A stretch of DNA of 64,000 nucleotides. Source: Eledone cirrhosa (taxonomy: Eukaryota). The notes under the pieces are model-generated. The model saw only the letters and a program-made list of their open reading frames with translations. It searched no databases and was not told the origin of the DNA. The stretch spans positions 10,912,001-10,976,000 of the forward strand of contig OZ024766.1 of the NCBI GenBank assembly GCA_964016885.1, written 5' to 3'. Positions 47,359 through 64,000 of this stretch are shown one piece after another. Each line of letters starts with the position of its first letter. The first letter of the stretch is position 1. A program made the position numbers and the translations under genes.

Positions 47359-48168
47359 TTAATATTTTTTAAGGCAACGCTTGTAATAACTCTATTTAAG
47401 CATGATATATATTAATAATAAATTATCATTGTAATGTAATTAGATTATATAATTGTTATTTTATAAATGATCTTATAAATATTATTGTAAGATGTATAAA
47501 AATATTTTCAGATTTTTAATATAAACAACTACAAATAACAATCAATATTAAATAAATATATTTTACATAATAATTGTTATAGTTGATTTAATATAAAAAT
47601 TAAATATTACATAGAAATAGTCTAACATAATAATAAATAAATAATCTAACATCATAATAATAAAATAATCTAACATAAAACGAAAAATAATATGGACAAA
47701 TATACAAGTAAATATGATACAACCAATATTATAAGCATGTTATAACGAACTGAACAAAAATAGTTAATATAAATTTTAAAAATCATATATAAATTAACAA
47801 TATAACTTACCAAAACGAGAAAATATTTTGATGATAAACGACGAAATACAGATGGAAGATTCGAAAGCGAAACGATAAATAAACGTTCAAACAAAATGGC
47901 GGATGCTTTTGAGCCACAATTACTCTCGTTGGTTGATTAGCCAATAAGACGATGAATTTGCCAATAAGACGATACATTACAAAACATGTTTGGCAGGGAT
48001 CACCACGGCCAGCGACACCCCTTGAATTTTTTTATTCACAAACTACGTATATATGTCAGACACGCAGACTTAAAACATTATGTTGTTAGTCACTGCGTGT
48101 CTAACAGATATATATATATATATATATATAGTATGGATGAGGTATCAAATTTTCATTACATTTATTGG

Positions 48169-48256
48169 AGTGTGATGTGCGTTTCGCGATTGATCGGCTC
48201 AAGGTTCGTTCTCTGTTGATCGGACCCAACTCTTGAAACAGAAGCTCGTCAGATTT
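48169..48256 (-). ncRNA. Degenerate long-stem-II hammerhead (family of 8918)
   Basis: Minus: CTGACGA-gc..cgaaccttgagccgatcaatcgc-GAAA-cgcaca-TC-acactcc-AATAAA-tgtaatgaa. Confidence 0.5.
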
Positions 48257-48524
48257 CTGTTAGATTAACAGAACTCTGGTGAACTCTATTGGCATATTAA
48301 AAGTGTATCAATATTGATCAGCTCAGGTTACACTCGTAATGACAGGGGCTCGATTCTTGTTCGACATCTCATCAGATATGCGAGTATCTATGAGGAGATT
48401 ACGAAGAAGAGTCGTGTCCCTTACCTGATCGATATCAAAACATATTGTAATTTGTCAATAAAGTGTGTACATATGCTGCAACACTCACTTCGATTATGTT
48501 TACTTACACATATTCTCACTCTAC

Positions 48525-48627
<103 letters not shown>

Positions 48628-48750
48628 TGTATATATAATGTATTTTGCAATACACTTTATGCTTAATTAAAAGCATTTTGAAGACCGTATGCTATTGTTT
48701 TAGAGTAGTGACAAATTCACTTACTTTAATCTCAGCAAACGGGGGAGATA

Positions 48751-48796
48751 AGCCGACAAGGGCCTTGTTTCGCTTTTGTTGAAGCTTATCAAGGCT
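48751..48796 (-). ncRNA. Hammerhead, U3-A8 variant core
   Basis: Minus: agcc-TTGATAA-gctt caacaa aagc-GAAA-caagg c ccttg-TC-ggct. Confidence 0.75.
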
Positions 48797-49054
48797 AACT
48801 ACCCCTCCTGTCTACTGCGATTACTGATGTTATATTCTTATAGAATTCTAGTAAATAATCAGGTGCTGATTATACAGAGCGTTTGTTGGTCAGGCAGAAA
48901 TTAAAAATTAGAATTGGAGCTCTGAAATAGCAATATATATATGGATGTATATATAATGTATTTTGCAATACACTTTATGCTTAATTAAAAGCTCCAATTC
49001 TAATATATATATTGATTCAGAGCTCCAATTCTAATATATATATATATATTTATG

Positions 49055-49089
<35 letters not shown>

Positions 49090-49156
49090 TTGTATATATA
49101 TATATATATATATGTATTTATGTATATATATATATATATTTGTATATATATATATT

Positions 49157-49370
49157 GTGAAGGCGTGTGGCTGAGTGGTTAGAGAATTGGATTCGCAATC
49201 GTAAGGTTGTGAGTTCGATTCTGGACCAGGCGATGCGTTATGTCCTTGAGCAAGACACTTTATTTCACGTTGCTCCTTCTACCTGGAGTTGCGACCGATA
49301 GATAGTATTAGCAATTGGAAAGACCAACGGAAACATAGTTTCCTCGGTCCGATTTGACGAAAGTCGATCG
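49157..49370 (+). mobile_element. tRNA-derived SINE family B
   Basis: Near-identical to 35390-35604. Confidence 0.9.
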
Positions 49371-49374
49371 ACTA

Positions 49375-49416
<42 letters not shown>

Positions 49417-49540
49417 GTATATATATATATATATATTTATGTATATATATATATATATATATTTATGTATATATATATATATATATATATACATAAATAT
49501 ATATATATATATACATAAATATATATATATATATATATAC

Positions 49541-49575
<35 letters not shown>

Positions 49576-49632
49576 AATATATATATATATATATAGAAAG
49601 ATTTGAATGGATACAGTTTAGTTGAAAGGAAT

Positions 49633-49749
49633 TTATTGACACGTGTTTCTATAACAGTTACATAACCTAAAACAGCTATCTACAAACTTTTAGTTATGCA
49701 GACATTCAATATTTCAATGTTATTATTTACTGTCATTTCATCAGAATAA
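49633..49749 (-). ncRNA. Hammerhead with branched, ~88-nt stem II domain
   Basis: Minus: ttatt-CTGATGA-aatgacagt...actgttata-GAAA-cacgtg-TC-aataa. Confidence 0.65.
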
Positions 49750-50038
49750 TATTACTGAGGACCTATTTAGTTTTTATAGAGAATATTAGGAGGGAGGGGT
49801 GAAGTTGTTAGAAGAATAGTTGAAGGAGTGGTTTTTCGATAGCAGTGAGAATTCTTGGTGGCAGTGAGTAATTAGATTCCCATCTGTTGTTTTGACATTT
49901 TTTATAGAATATATTATTGGTTATTTTTCTAAATCTATTTTACAACACAACGGAAAATACTGTATATATATATATATATATATACATAAATATATATATA
50001 TATATATACATAAATATAATATATATATATATATATAA

Positions 50039-50076
<38 letters not shown>

Positions 50077-50093
50077 TATATATATATACATAA

Positions 50094-50131
<38 letters not shown>

Positions 50132-50148
50132 TATATATATATACATAA

Positions 50149-50186
<38 letters not shown>

Positions 50187-50203
50187 TATATATATATACA
50201 TAA

Positions 50204-50257
<54 letters not shown>

Positions 50258-50392
50258 CATAAATATATATATATATATATATATATAGATATATATATAT
50301 ATATAGATATAGATATATATATATATATATATATACATATATATATGTAGATATATATATATATATATAGATATATACATATATATATGTAG

Positions 50393-50433
<41 letters not shown>

Positions 50434-50437
50434 GATA

Positions 50438-50497
<60 letters not shown>

Positions 50498-50518
50498 CAT
50501 AATATATATATAGATATA

Positions 50519-50562
<44 letters not shown>

Positions 50563-50568
50563 GATATA

Positions 50569-50642
<74 letters not shown>

Positions 50643-50648
50643 GATATA

Positions 50649-50760
<112 letters not shown>

Positions 50761-50781
50761 TATATATATATATATATATAT

Positions 50782-50814
<33 letters not shown>

Positions 50815-50907
50815 TATAGATATATATATATATATATAGATATAGATATATATATATATACATATATATATATAGATATACATATATATATATATATATA
50901 GATATAG

Positions 50908-50992
<85 letters not shown>

Positions 50993-51060
50993 AAATATAT
51001 ATATATATATATATAGATATATATATATATATATATAGATATAGATATATATATATATAC

Positions 51061-51112
<52 letters not shown>

Positions 51113-51193
51113 CATAAATATATATATATATATATACATAAATATATATATATATATATATATACATAAATATATATATATATATATATATAC

Positions 51194-51234
<41 letters not shown>

Positions 51235-51385
51235 AATATATATATATATATATATATATACATAAATATATATATATACATAAATATATATATATATACA
51301 TAAATATATATATACATAAATATATATATATATACATAAATATATATATATACATAAATATATATATACATAAATATATATATAC

Positions 51386-51498
<113 letters not shown>

Positions 51499-51623
51499 AA
51501 TATATATATATATACATAAATATATATATATATACATAAATATATATATATATATATATATACATAAATATATATATATATATATACATAAATATATATA
51601 TATATATATACGTAAATATATAT

Positions 51624-51654
<31 letters not shown>

Positions 51655-51966
51655 CATAAATATATATATATATACATAAATATATATATATATACATAAA
51701 TATATATATATATATATATATACAAAAATATATTAAATATATATATATACATAAATTTACATTATATATATATATATTTATGTATATTTGTCTATATACA
51801 TATGTATATATATGTATATATATATGTATATATATATGTATATATATGTATATATATATTTATTTATGTATATATATGCATATATGTATATATATGTATA
51901 TATATATATTTATGTATATATATGTATATATATATTTATGTATATATATATGATACATATACATCA

Positions 51967-51997
<31 letters not shown>

Positions 51998-52137
51998 ATT
52001 AAATATATATATATATATATATATAATATATATATATATAATATATATATATATAATATATATATATATATATAAATAAATATAAATAAATGTATATATA
52101 TATATATACATAAATATATATATATACATAAATTTAC

Positions 52138-52181
<44 letters not shown>

Positions 52182-52252
52182 TATATATAAATAAATATAA
52201 ATAAATGTATATATATATATATACATAAATATATATATATACATAAATTTAC

Positions 52253-52289
<37 letters not shown>

Positions 52290-52438
52290 TATATACATAT
52301 ATATTTTGTATATATATATATACATCTATGTATATATAAATTCAAATTCCGAAAAAAAATATTCCATATGCAAACACTTGGAAAATTATATACATGTATG
52401 AATGTGCATGTATATATGCAAGTGTGTCTACGTGAACA

Positions 52439-52479
<41 letters not shown>

Positions 52480-52534
52480 GTACAAAATTAGAACTGCACA
52501 CACACACACACATATCTGCATTATGATAATAATA

Positions 52535-52721
52535 AAGGGCGGTGGATTGGCAGTATCGGTAGAGGGTCAGACCGCCATGCTTTCCAGCATAGTTACGTCC
52601 CTTTACGATCTGAGTTCAAATCCCGCCGAGGTTGACTTTGCCTTTCATCCTTACGGGGTCGATAAAATAAAGTACCAGTAATACACTGGATAATTGATGG
52701 CCTTGTGCCAAACGTAGAAAC
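52535..52721 (+). mobile_element. SINE family A, full length, with 15-bp TSD
   Basis: attatgataataata at 52520-52534 and 52723-52737; B box gagttcaaatcccgcc. Confidence 0.92.
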
Positions 52722-52910
52722 AATTATGATAATAATACATATATATATACACAGTAAATATATATCTATGTATGTGTGTGTGTATATATACATACTCAAG
52801 CATGTATACTATATATATATATAATGTGTATATGAATATATATAAATGTATAAATTTACATATATATATATATATACAATAACATGTTTATATATATATA
52901 ATATATATAG

Positions 52911-52953
<43 letters not shown>

Positions 52954-53048
52954 TATATACATATATTTACATATATATGTGTACATATATATATACATAT
53001 ATATATATATACATATATTTATATATATATGTGTATATAGATATATCC

Positions 53049-53081
<33 letters not shown>

Positions 53082-53440
53082 CATATATTTACATATATAT
53101 GTGTATGTATATATATACATATATATATATATACAATATGTTTATATATATATATATGTATATATATATATACACATATATATGTATACAATATGTTTAT
53201 ATATATATATGTGTATATATATATATACACATATGTATAATATATGTGTGTATATATAATGTATATATATATCTGTATATTTACCTATAAGTATATATGA
53301 TGTTTATATTATATATATATATAATATATATAACAACACATTATATATCTATATATATACAACACATTATATATCCATATATATATACAACACATTATAC
53401 CCATATATATATATAAATATGTATACAACACATTATACCC

Positions 53441-53522
<82 letters not shown>

Positions 53523-53879
53523 ATATATATATATATATATAGATATATAGATATATATATATGTATATATATACACTCGGACAAAACCACAGAAACATTA
53601 TTCAACACTCCATACCGTTTCAACGACGACCCAGCCAATTCTTCTGAAGAATATCACGCTACACGAACCACCTCCACCTCTGCCGCTTACCATTTCTTTT
53701 TCTTACTTTAAACAAGCAAAGATCGAACAATTTATCATAATATCTTTTGATCTGTTATCGATCTCGCCTAATTTACCACCACCAGGTGCTATATCGTTCA
53801 CGTGATCAGATTTCGATTTTGTTACAGTTGTTGATGATAGTGATGATGATGATCTGTCTTGTAACTGTTTTATAACCGC

Positions 53880-53924
<45 letters not shown>

Positions 53925-54428
53925 ATATATATATATATATATACGTATATAAACACATATAAATATATAAATATATATATATATACACACACATACATAC
54001 ATAAACATATATATATATATATATATAAATATATATATATATACACATACATATATATATAATTATATATATATATACACACACATATATATATAATTAT
54101 ATATATATATACACACACATACATACATACATAAACACAAATATATATATATACACACATATATATATAATTATATATATATATATAGATATACACAAAC
54201 ACATATATAAATATATAAATATATATATATACATACACACATACATAAATATATATCTATATCTATATATATATACACACACATATATACACATATATAT
54301 ACACACACACACGTATATAAACACACACATATATATACACACACACACACATATATATACACACACACACATATACACACACACATATATACATATATAC
54401 ATATACACAAACACATATATATACACAC

Positions 54429-54479
<51 letters not shown>

Positions 54480-54482
54480 CAC

Positions 54483-54542
54483 ATAAAATAAAGTACCAGT
54501 AATATGCTGGGGAATTTTGCTGGCCTTGTACCAAAAGTTGTA
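54483..54542 (+). mobile_element. SINE A 3' fragment
   Basis: ataaaataaagtaccagtaata..ttgctggccttgtaccaaaag. Confidence 0.75.
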
Positions 54543-54778
54543 ATAATAATTAAATCTGCGTTGAGGCAGCTTACATTATGTTTATTGCTATATAAAATTA
54601 TAATTTCATTGTAGACACATACGCATATATGCGTGTGTGTGTATGTGTGTACGTGTGCGTGTGTGTACGTGTGCGTGTGCGCGCGTGTGCGCGCGTGTGC
54701 GCGCGCGTGTGTGTGCATACATATATACACATATATGTATATATATATCTGTGTATATATATATACATACATGTATAC

Positions 54779-54817
<39 letters not shown>

Positions 54818-54839
54818 CATATATATCTGTATGTGTGTG

Positions 54840-54870
<31 letters not shown>

Positions 54871-55037
54871 ATATATATATATGTGTGTGTGTATATATAC
54901 AGACATATATACATATATATATATATACACACACACACATATATATATGTATATATATGTGTGTGTGTATATATATATGTGTGTATATATATATATACAT
55001 ACATATATACATACACACACATATCTATGTATCTATA

Positions 55038-55097
<60 letters not shown>

Positions 55098-55225
55098 CAT
55101 AGACACATATACATACATATATAGACACATATTTATGTATGTATATATTATTTAGTCTGTTTTTATAAAAACAGACTAAATAAAGATGGCGTAGAAAATA
55201 CAATGCAACGGGAGGAAACAATAGC

Positions 55226-55267
55226 ACCACTGACGATGTTGCAGATGTGCAACGAAAGAACTTTGAT
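55226..55267 (+). ncRNA. Minimal hammerhead (same family as 44435)
   Basis: acca-CTGACGA-t-gttgca gatg tgcaac-GAAA-gaac-TT-tgat. Confidence 0.65.
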
Positions 55268-55543
55268 AAACTATATATATGTGTTTGTGTCTATATTGTA
55301 TCTGTATTATTTTTGACCGTTGGTCAGTCAATGGCAACATTGAGGACCGAGTAAATTAGATTACCGATATAAAAGACACAGAGGCGAAAAGCGAAACCAA
55401 CCAAACAGTGAGTGTGCTCTGTTATTAATTCTGGCAATATTACACAAATATGACCCTCCCCAAGTATAACAATATATGTATATATACATATATACATATA
55501 TATGTATATATACATATATATGTATATATATATACATATATAC

Positions 55544-55574
<31 letters not shown>

Positions 55575-55643
55575 CATATATACATATATATACATATATA
55601 TGTATATATATATACATATATACATATATATATACATATATAC

Positions 55644-55862
<219 letters not shown>

Positions 55863-55898
55863 CATATATATATATATACATATATACATATATATACA

Positions 55899-55929
<31 letters not shown>

Positions 55930-55969
55930 GTATATATATATATACATATATATGTATATATATATACAC

Positions 55970-56005
<36 letters not shown>

Positions 56006-56006
56006 A

Positions 56007-56052
<46 letters not shown>

Positions 56053-56152
56053 CATATATATGTATATATATATACACATATATATATGTATATATATATA
56101 TATATATACACATATATATGTATATATATATATATATATATACATATATATG

Positions 56153-56184
<32 letters not shown>

Positions 56185-56226
56185 TATACATATATATGTA
56201 TATATATATATATATACATATATATG

Positions 56227-56260
<34 letters not shown>

Positions 56261-56296
56261 TACATATATATGTATATATATATATATACATATATA

Positions 56297-56374
<78 letters not shown>

Positions 56375-56375
56375 C

Positions 56376-56422
<47 letters not shown>

Positions 56423-56439
56423 CATGTATATATATATAC

Positions 56440-56530
<91 letters not shown>

Positions 56531-56559
56531 TATGTATATATATATATGTATATGTACAC

Positions 56560-56669
<110 letters not shown>

Positions 56670-56750
56670 ATATGCAATAAAGATAACCGCCATTGATGTA
56701 TAAAGTAAAAAAGAACATGACTATAAAATAAATTTCCCTTTCATATTCGA

Positions 56751-56785
<35 letters not shown>

Positions 56786-56786
56786 T

Positions 56787-56844
<58 letters not shown>

Positions 56845-56905
56845 ACTGTATATGTGTGTGTGTGTATTTTTGTATATATATGTAATTGATATGTGTATGC
56901 ATACA

Positions 56906-56945
<40 letters not shown>

Positions 56946-56953
56946 AATATAAA

Positions 56954-57032
<79 letters not shown>

Positions 57033-57816
57033 ATATATGTATGTTTGTGCATGATTTATTAGAAGTAAATCTATATGCCCTACTTAAACATTTGTTTACA
57101 TGTTCGTGTGTGTGTGTGTGTGTGTGTTTATCAAGATGTCTGTGTATATGTCTATATGCAGATTAGTGTATATATTCATAATAACATCTAAAATAATTTT
57201 GTTCAAAGGAGTTCCAGATGTGGCCATCTTGTCCTTTGATCAGACATCTTGCATCGAGTTATACTTCATGTAATGTATTTTTCCTTGCTGTTATTGTTTA
57301 GATATCATATAGGTTTGAAGGCAAATTCTTTTAAATTAAGATTTTCTCAACACCAAACCGCTTTCAGAAGTGCTGAAGAATTCATCAGAAAGCTCCTTTT
57401 CCCCACGATGTGGATGTGTGATGGATTTGATGTATAATGTACGATTTAGACATGGGAAGATCCGACCATCCTATATAGTTCATTCAGTTTGGACATTTTT
57501 GGCTGGCTTAATATCTTAGCCCAAGCAAGTTTTCAGATAGTGGGAGGGTGAGGTTACTGGCGAATGTTCCTGGTATATTTGATAACAATTACATATATAG
57601 GATTTCTAAAGACGTGTGAAAAATAATTCTTATGATTAAAAAAATATATATTATAGTCAGTATATGTAGACTATTACCATTAACACAGAAACATATGTTA
57701 TAGCCCTGTACATTCTTCCGCTATCTATATTCGTCATTGTGCTATACCTGCCTTTATATATATATGTGTGTGTGTATGTGTGCGTGCGTGTGTGTTCGTG
57801 TGTGTGCGTGTTCGTG

Positions 57817-57856
<40 letters not shown>

Positions 57857-58008
57857 GCCTACCTATATTACTTCAACTCTTCCTTAAGGGTAAACTTTTA
57901 TTTCCAAGACGGCAGTGGGAAGGAAGATATATCTAAGTATTATTTAGCTGTGTAGGTCCATTTTTTCACATATTTACATATACAAGTGTGTGTGTACCTA
58001 TGGCCTAT

Positions 58009-58080
<72 letters not shown>

Positions 58081-58111
58081 TATCTATGTGTTTTCACACG
58101 AAAAGACATAG

Positions 58112-58144
<33 letters not shown>

Positions 58145-58365
58145 CAAACATGTATATGTGTGTATATATATTCGTGTATATATATATAGAGAGAGAGAGA
58201 GTATAGTATAACAGATTTATATATATATATATCATATGTATACACAACTATGTATACATATATGGATATATACACTTATGTATAAACACATTTATATACA
58301 CACATATATATATATATACATATATACACACACATATACACACAAACACTTACAGACATACACAC

Positions 58366-58409
<44 letters not shown>

Positions 58410-58417
58410 TGTGCATA

Positions 58418-58468
<51 letters not shown>

Positions 58469-58913
58469 TTGTTTTTTTACAATTATCGTGAAACTCCGTT
58501 CATTTCCGTCACCATGGCGCCGTAGATTTAGTCGACCAATAGAAAAGTCGCATTGGCGATTTGATTCACACGTGACTGAACCAAAATGGATAATGGGTTT
58601 ACCTCGGCATAGCGTTAAGAGAGATTCGTCGGTGTGTGCGGACACGTACATGTGTGAGTGTGTGTCTGCGTGTGTATGGCAGGAGGGGGGTCGATGCATA
58701 TATAAATATAAGTGTGTGAGTGTGCGTATATGTGTGTTAGTGAGTATATATATATATACGCACGCATACACATACACATATCTATACACACATGAACCCC
58801 CATCCATAGACAAACACATACACACCCATCCATAGACACACACATATATATATATGTATATGTATATATGTGTGTATGTATGCACGTGTGTGTGTATGTA
58901 GGGGGTGCGTCAG

Positions 58914-58963
<50 letters not shown>

Positions 58964-59029
58964 TATGGATGGGGGTTCATGTGTGTATAGATATATGTGT
59001 ATGTGTGTGCGTGCGTGTATATATATATT

Positions 59030-59067
<38 letters not shown>

Positions 59068-59168
59068 CATATATATACATATATATATATACATATATAT
59101 ATATATACATATACATATATATATACATATATATATATATACATATATATACATATATATATATATAC

Positions 59169-59267
<99 letters not shown>

Positions 59268-59278
59268 CATATATATAC

Positions 59279-59310
<32 letters not shown>

Positions 59311-59346
59311 ATATATACATATACATATATATATATATACATATAC

Positions 59347-59415
<69 letters not shown>

Positions 59416-59563
59416 AGTGTATTGAAGTCAGTTGACATTGATGGATTGACTAACAACTCTTCTTCAATGTTTAGATCTACTGAATATCTGTCTCATTGTC
59501 TCTCCAGACACACACACACATGCACACACGGACACATATATACACACATATATATATATACAC

Positions 59564-59594
<31 letters not shown>

Positions 59595-60079
59595 TATATA
59601 TATATATATATACACACATATATATATACACACACATATATATATACACACATATATATATATACATATCTATATATATACACACATAAATACATATATA
59701 TATATACATATATACATATACATATATATATACATATATATATATACATATATATATATACATATATATATATACATATATATATATACATATATACATA
59801 TATATATATATAAATACATATATACATATATATATATAAATACCTATATATATACACATATATATATACATATATACACACACACATACATATTTATAGA
59901 CACATACATATATACACACATATACACACACACATATACATATATACACACGCATATATATACACATACATATACACACACACACACATATATACATATA
60001 TACACACATTCACATATACACACATATACATATATACACACACACACATACACACACACGTATACATATATACACACAC

Positions 60080-60124
<45 letters not shown>

Positions 60125-60376
60125 TCTGACGTACTCAGTCACCATTTAACCGCAGGCCGATTACAACAGGCTTTCCCTGTCACTCAGAAACTTCCCCGAT
60201 ATCAGAGACCTCCAGCGGGGGATTATAGTATTTCATGTGTCATATATGTTGTGGACACACACGCACACTGATTCACATATGGATCTCTTAAGATTTATCG
60301 ATTAAGTGTGGTGAATCAATCACTTGAACTATCGATCTAACTATCTGTCTACGCATCTCTGTGTCTGTCTGTCTAA

Positions 60377-60451
<75 letters not shown>

Positions 60452-60574
60452 CGTCTATGTGTATATATATATATATATATATAAACACACTGAAACAGAC
60501 AAGGTAGATAGACATATATATATATATACATACATAGATACATACATATATATAGAGAGAGAGCGAGAGACATT

Positions 60575-60627
<53 letters not shown>

Positions 60628-60901
60628 TTATATATATACATATATATGATTATATATATACATATATATATGATTATATATATACATATATATAGACATT
60701 TACATATATATATACATATATATGCATATTTACATAAATATGTGTTTGTGCATATATATATATACACACATAAATATATGCAAATAAATACATATATATA
60801 TATATATATATGAATATATACATAAATATATATGTATGTGTGTGCGTGTATATATATACATATATATATGCGTGTGTGTATATATATATATATATATATG
60901 C

Positions 60902-60937
<36 letters not shown>

Positions 60938-61648
60938 TCATGTGTGTCACTTTCTACTGATTTCCTTACTACACCACCCCTTGAACACTACCACTGCAAC
61001 AACAACCTATCGACCAAAGCATCATCTCTGTAAAACCCACCACCTATCTGCCCTCGATCCCTCGCGTTATCACCTTCTCCACCATCACTACCAATAATGC
61101 TCCCACTACCACCACTACACCATCACCACCAGCACCACTACTACTACATCACCACACCCAAAACCCAACCACCACCACCACTACAACAACCGCCACTACA
61201 CCACCAACAACCCCACCACCACCACTACACCACCACAACCACCACCACCACCACCACTACACCACCACCAATCCCACCACCACTACACCACCACAACCGC
61301 CACCACCAACAGCAAAAACCTCACCACCACCATCACACCAACAACAGGAGCAGCTTTCGCTATAATAATGCGATTTATATAAGAACCTTCCCAAATGCCT
61401 GCCCTCAACCAAACATTTAACGCAAGGAATCTTTTCCTAGCAGACAACCTGGTAACAGAGAGATTTCGGGATTCTGTGACATTGTAAAGCTGCTTACGAT
61501 GTTGTTGTTGTTGTGGTTGTGGTGGTGTGGTGGTGGTTTGGTGGTGTGGTGGTTGTTTGGTGGTGTGGTGTGGTTGTGGTGGTGGGGTGGGTTGGTTGGT
61601 TTGTCGTTGTCGTGTGTTCCGAGAAGTTTGTGGAGGAGAAGATATGTT

Positions 61649-61728
<80 letters not shown>

Positions 61729-61729
61729 C

Positions 61730-61784
<55 letters not shown>

Positions 61785-61807
61785 TATGTATATATATATA
61801 TATACAC

Positions 61808-61871
<64 letters not shown>

Positions 61872-61946
61872 GTATATATATGTATATATATATATACATA
61901 TATATATGTATATATACGTATATATATATACACATATATATATATG

Positions 61947-61978
<32 letters not shown>

Positions 61979-62306
61979 TACACATATATATATGTATATA
62001 TATGTATATATACACTCATATATATGTATATAAATATATATATATATACATATATGTATATATGTGCATATATATATATATATGATTATATATATATATA
62101 TATATACATATATATATGTATATGTATATTTGTATATATATACATATATATATGTATATATGTGCATATATATATATGCATATATATACAGTACATGTGC
62201 ATATATATATGTATATGTATACAAATATATATGCACACATGTATAATCATATATGCATATATATATATATGCATATATGATTATATATATATATGTATAT
62301 ATATAC

Positions 62307-62353
<47 letters not shown>

Positions 62354-62528
62354 CATATCCATATATATGCATATATAATATTATGAAATGGTCACCGTAA
62401 CCGAAAATACCACGTGCCAGCTTAGCCATTGTATCTATTTTTGTGTCTGTATATATACATGCATATACATGTGTGTATGATATATATATACATACATATG
62501 TATATACATATATATATACATACATATG

Positions 62529-62592
<64 letters not shown>

Positions 62593-62749
62593 CATACATA
62601 CATATATACATACCTATATTTATACATATATACATATACAGTATATATATATACATAAATATATACATATATATACATATATATATACATAAATATACAA
62701 TCATATAAATATATAAACATACAAATATATACATACATATATATCGATA

Positions 62750-62811
<62 letters not shown>

Positions 62812-63505
62812 CGAACATTTTCCTATATATACATATATATATACATGTGCGTGTGTATATGTATATATATGTATATATATATATATATATATACATATAT
62901 ATATAACGAATATTTTCCTATATATACATATATATACATGTGCGTATATATATATATATATATATACACGCGCACACACACATATATATACGCATACATA
63001 GACATATAAATTATACACACATATAAATAAATATACCCACACATACACATACAAACGATAAGATCTGATCCGATAGAAACATCTAGTTAATATCATTACT
63101 ACAATTTCTAGAAAGTTCGGTAAGTAAATTGCAAAAAATGTCGGCGAAGAACGCCGCAGAATGTTAAAACCCCAAACCGTTTTTTCCCTTCATGTTTTTC
63201 CCTCTCTTCAATAAACCCGTTTAGATATCTGTAAAAGTTCTGAGCAAAAAGTAAAAATTGTAACATTATCTTTCGTGTGTAATATAGGAGCGTGTAGTTG
63301 TTTTGTCTTGCTAATAAAGGCAACCTTTCACCGAAATCTTTCGGTTGAACATCGGAAAACAGGGGGTTGGTAATGGGTGCTTCTCTAAGATAAAATATCC
63401 CGGTAAAAGAAGAAGACATTTTTAACTGGCTTATATATATATGGGTGTGAGTGTGTGTGTATGTATGTATATATATACATATATATATGTATATATGGGT
63501 GTGTC

Positions 63506-63548
<43 letters not shown>

Positions 63549-63692
63549 GTGTGTGTGTGTGTGTATATATATATATGTATATATATATATGTATATATAT
63601 TCATATATATATATGTATATATATATGTATCTATATATATTTATACATATATATATGTATTTATATATATATTTATAAGTAGATGTGTGTGT

Positions 63693-63753
<61 letters not shown>

Positions 63754-63864
63754 TATATATATATGTATATATATATGTATATATATATTTATACATATAT
63801 ATATGTATTTATATATATATATTTATTCATATATATATATTTATAAGTAGATGTGTGTGTGTGT

Positions 63865-63917
<53 letters not shown>

Positions 63918-64000
63918 TTAATAAATGAAACAAACAAAACACGAGAGGCAACTGTACACAGTTATATTAGGCTCACGCTTCGTGGAAGTGAGGAGACTTC

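Noticed and set aside
63108-63419. 103-aa non-repetitive ORF
   Set aside because: No recognisable family or motif; could occur by chance.

Overview
Repeat-dense, non-coding eukaryotic DNA, probably from an octopod cephalopod. That assignment is an inference from recalled resemblance of the tRNA-derived SINEs and RTE 5' end to Octopus repeats. Most of the window is (TA)n, (CA)n, (GA)n and (CAC/CAT)n micro- or minisatellite, with a 200-N gap. I cannot support any intact protein-coding gene: the long ORFs are microsatellite artefacts. The short unique islands between (TA)n tracts are highly structured. By eye I find about 22 type-I hammerhead-ribozyme (HHR) motifs on both strands, plus several broken copies. 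Four carry the compensatory U3-A8 core, two form a tandem pair, and several family pairs show stem covariation. Many sit in or next to fold-back inverted repeats, some of which carry an HHR on each strand. The best explanation is a dense field of truncated Penelope-like element (PLE) ends or retrozyme-like elements inserted into (TA)n. Also present: two RTE LINE 3' ends (one with a TSD, a 5' inversion and a 96-bp triplication), a Tc1/mariner 3' end, two SINE families, and SINE-derived tandem arrays. All folds and alignments were read manually, not computed.
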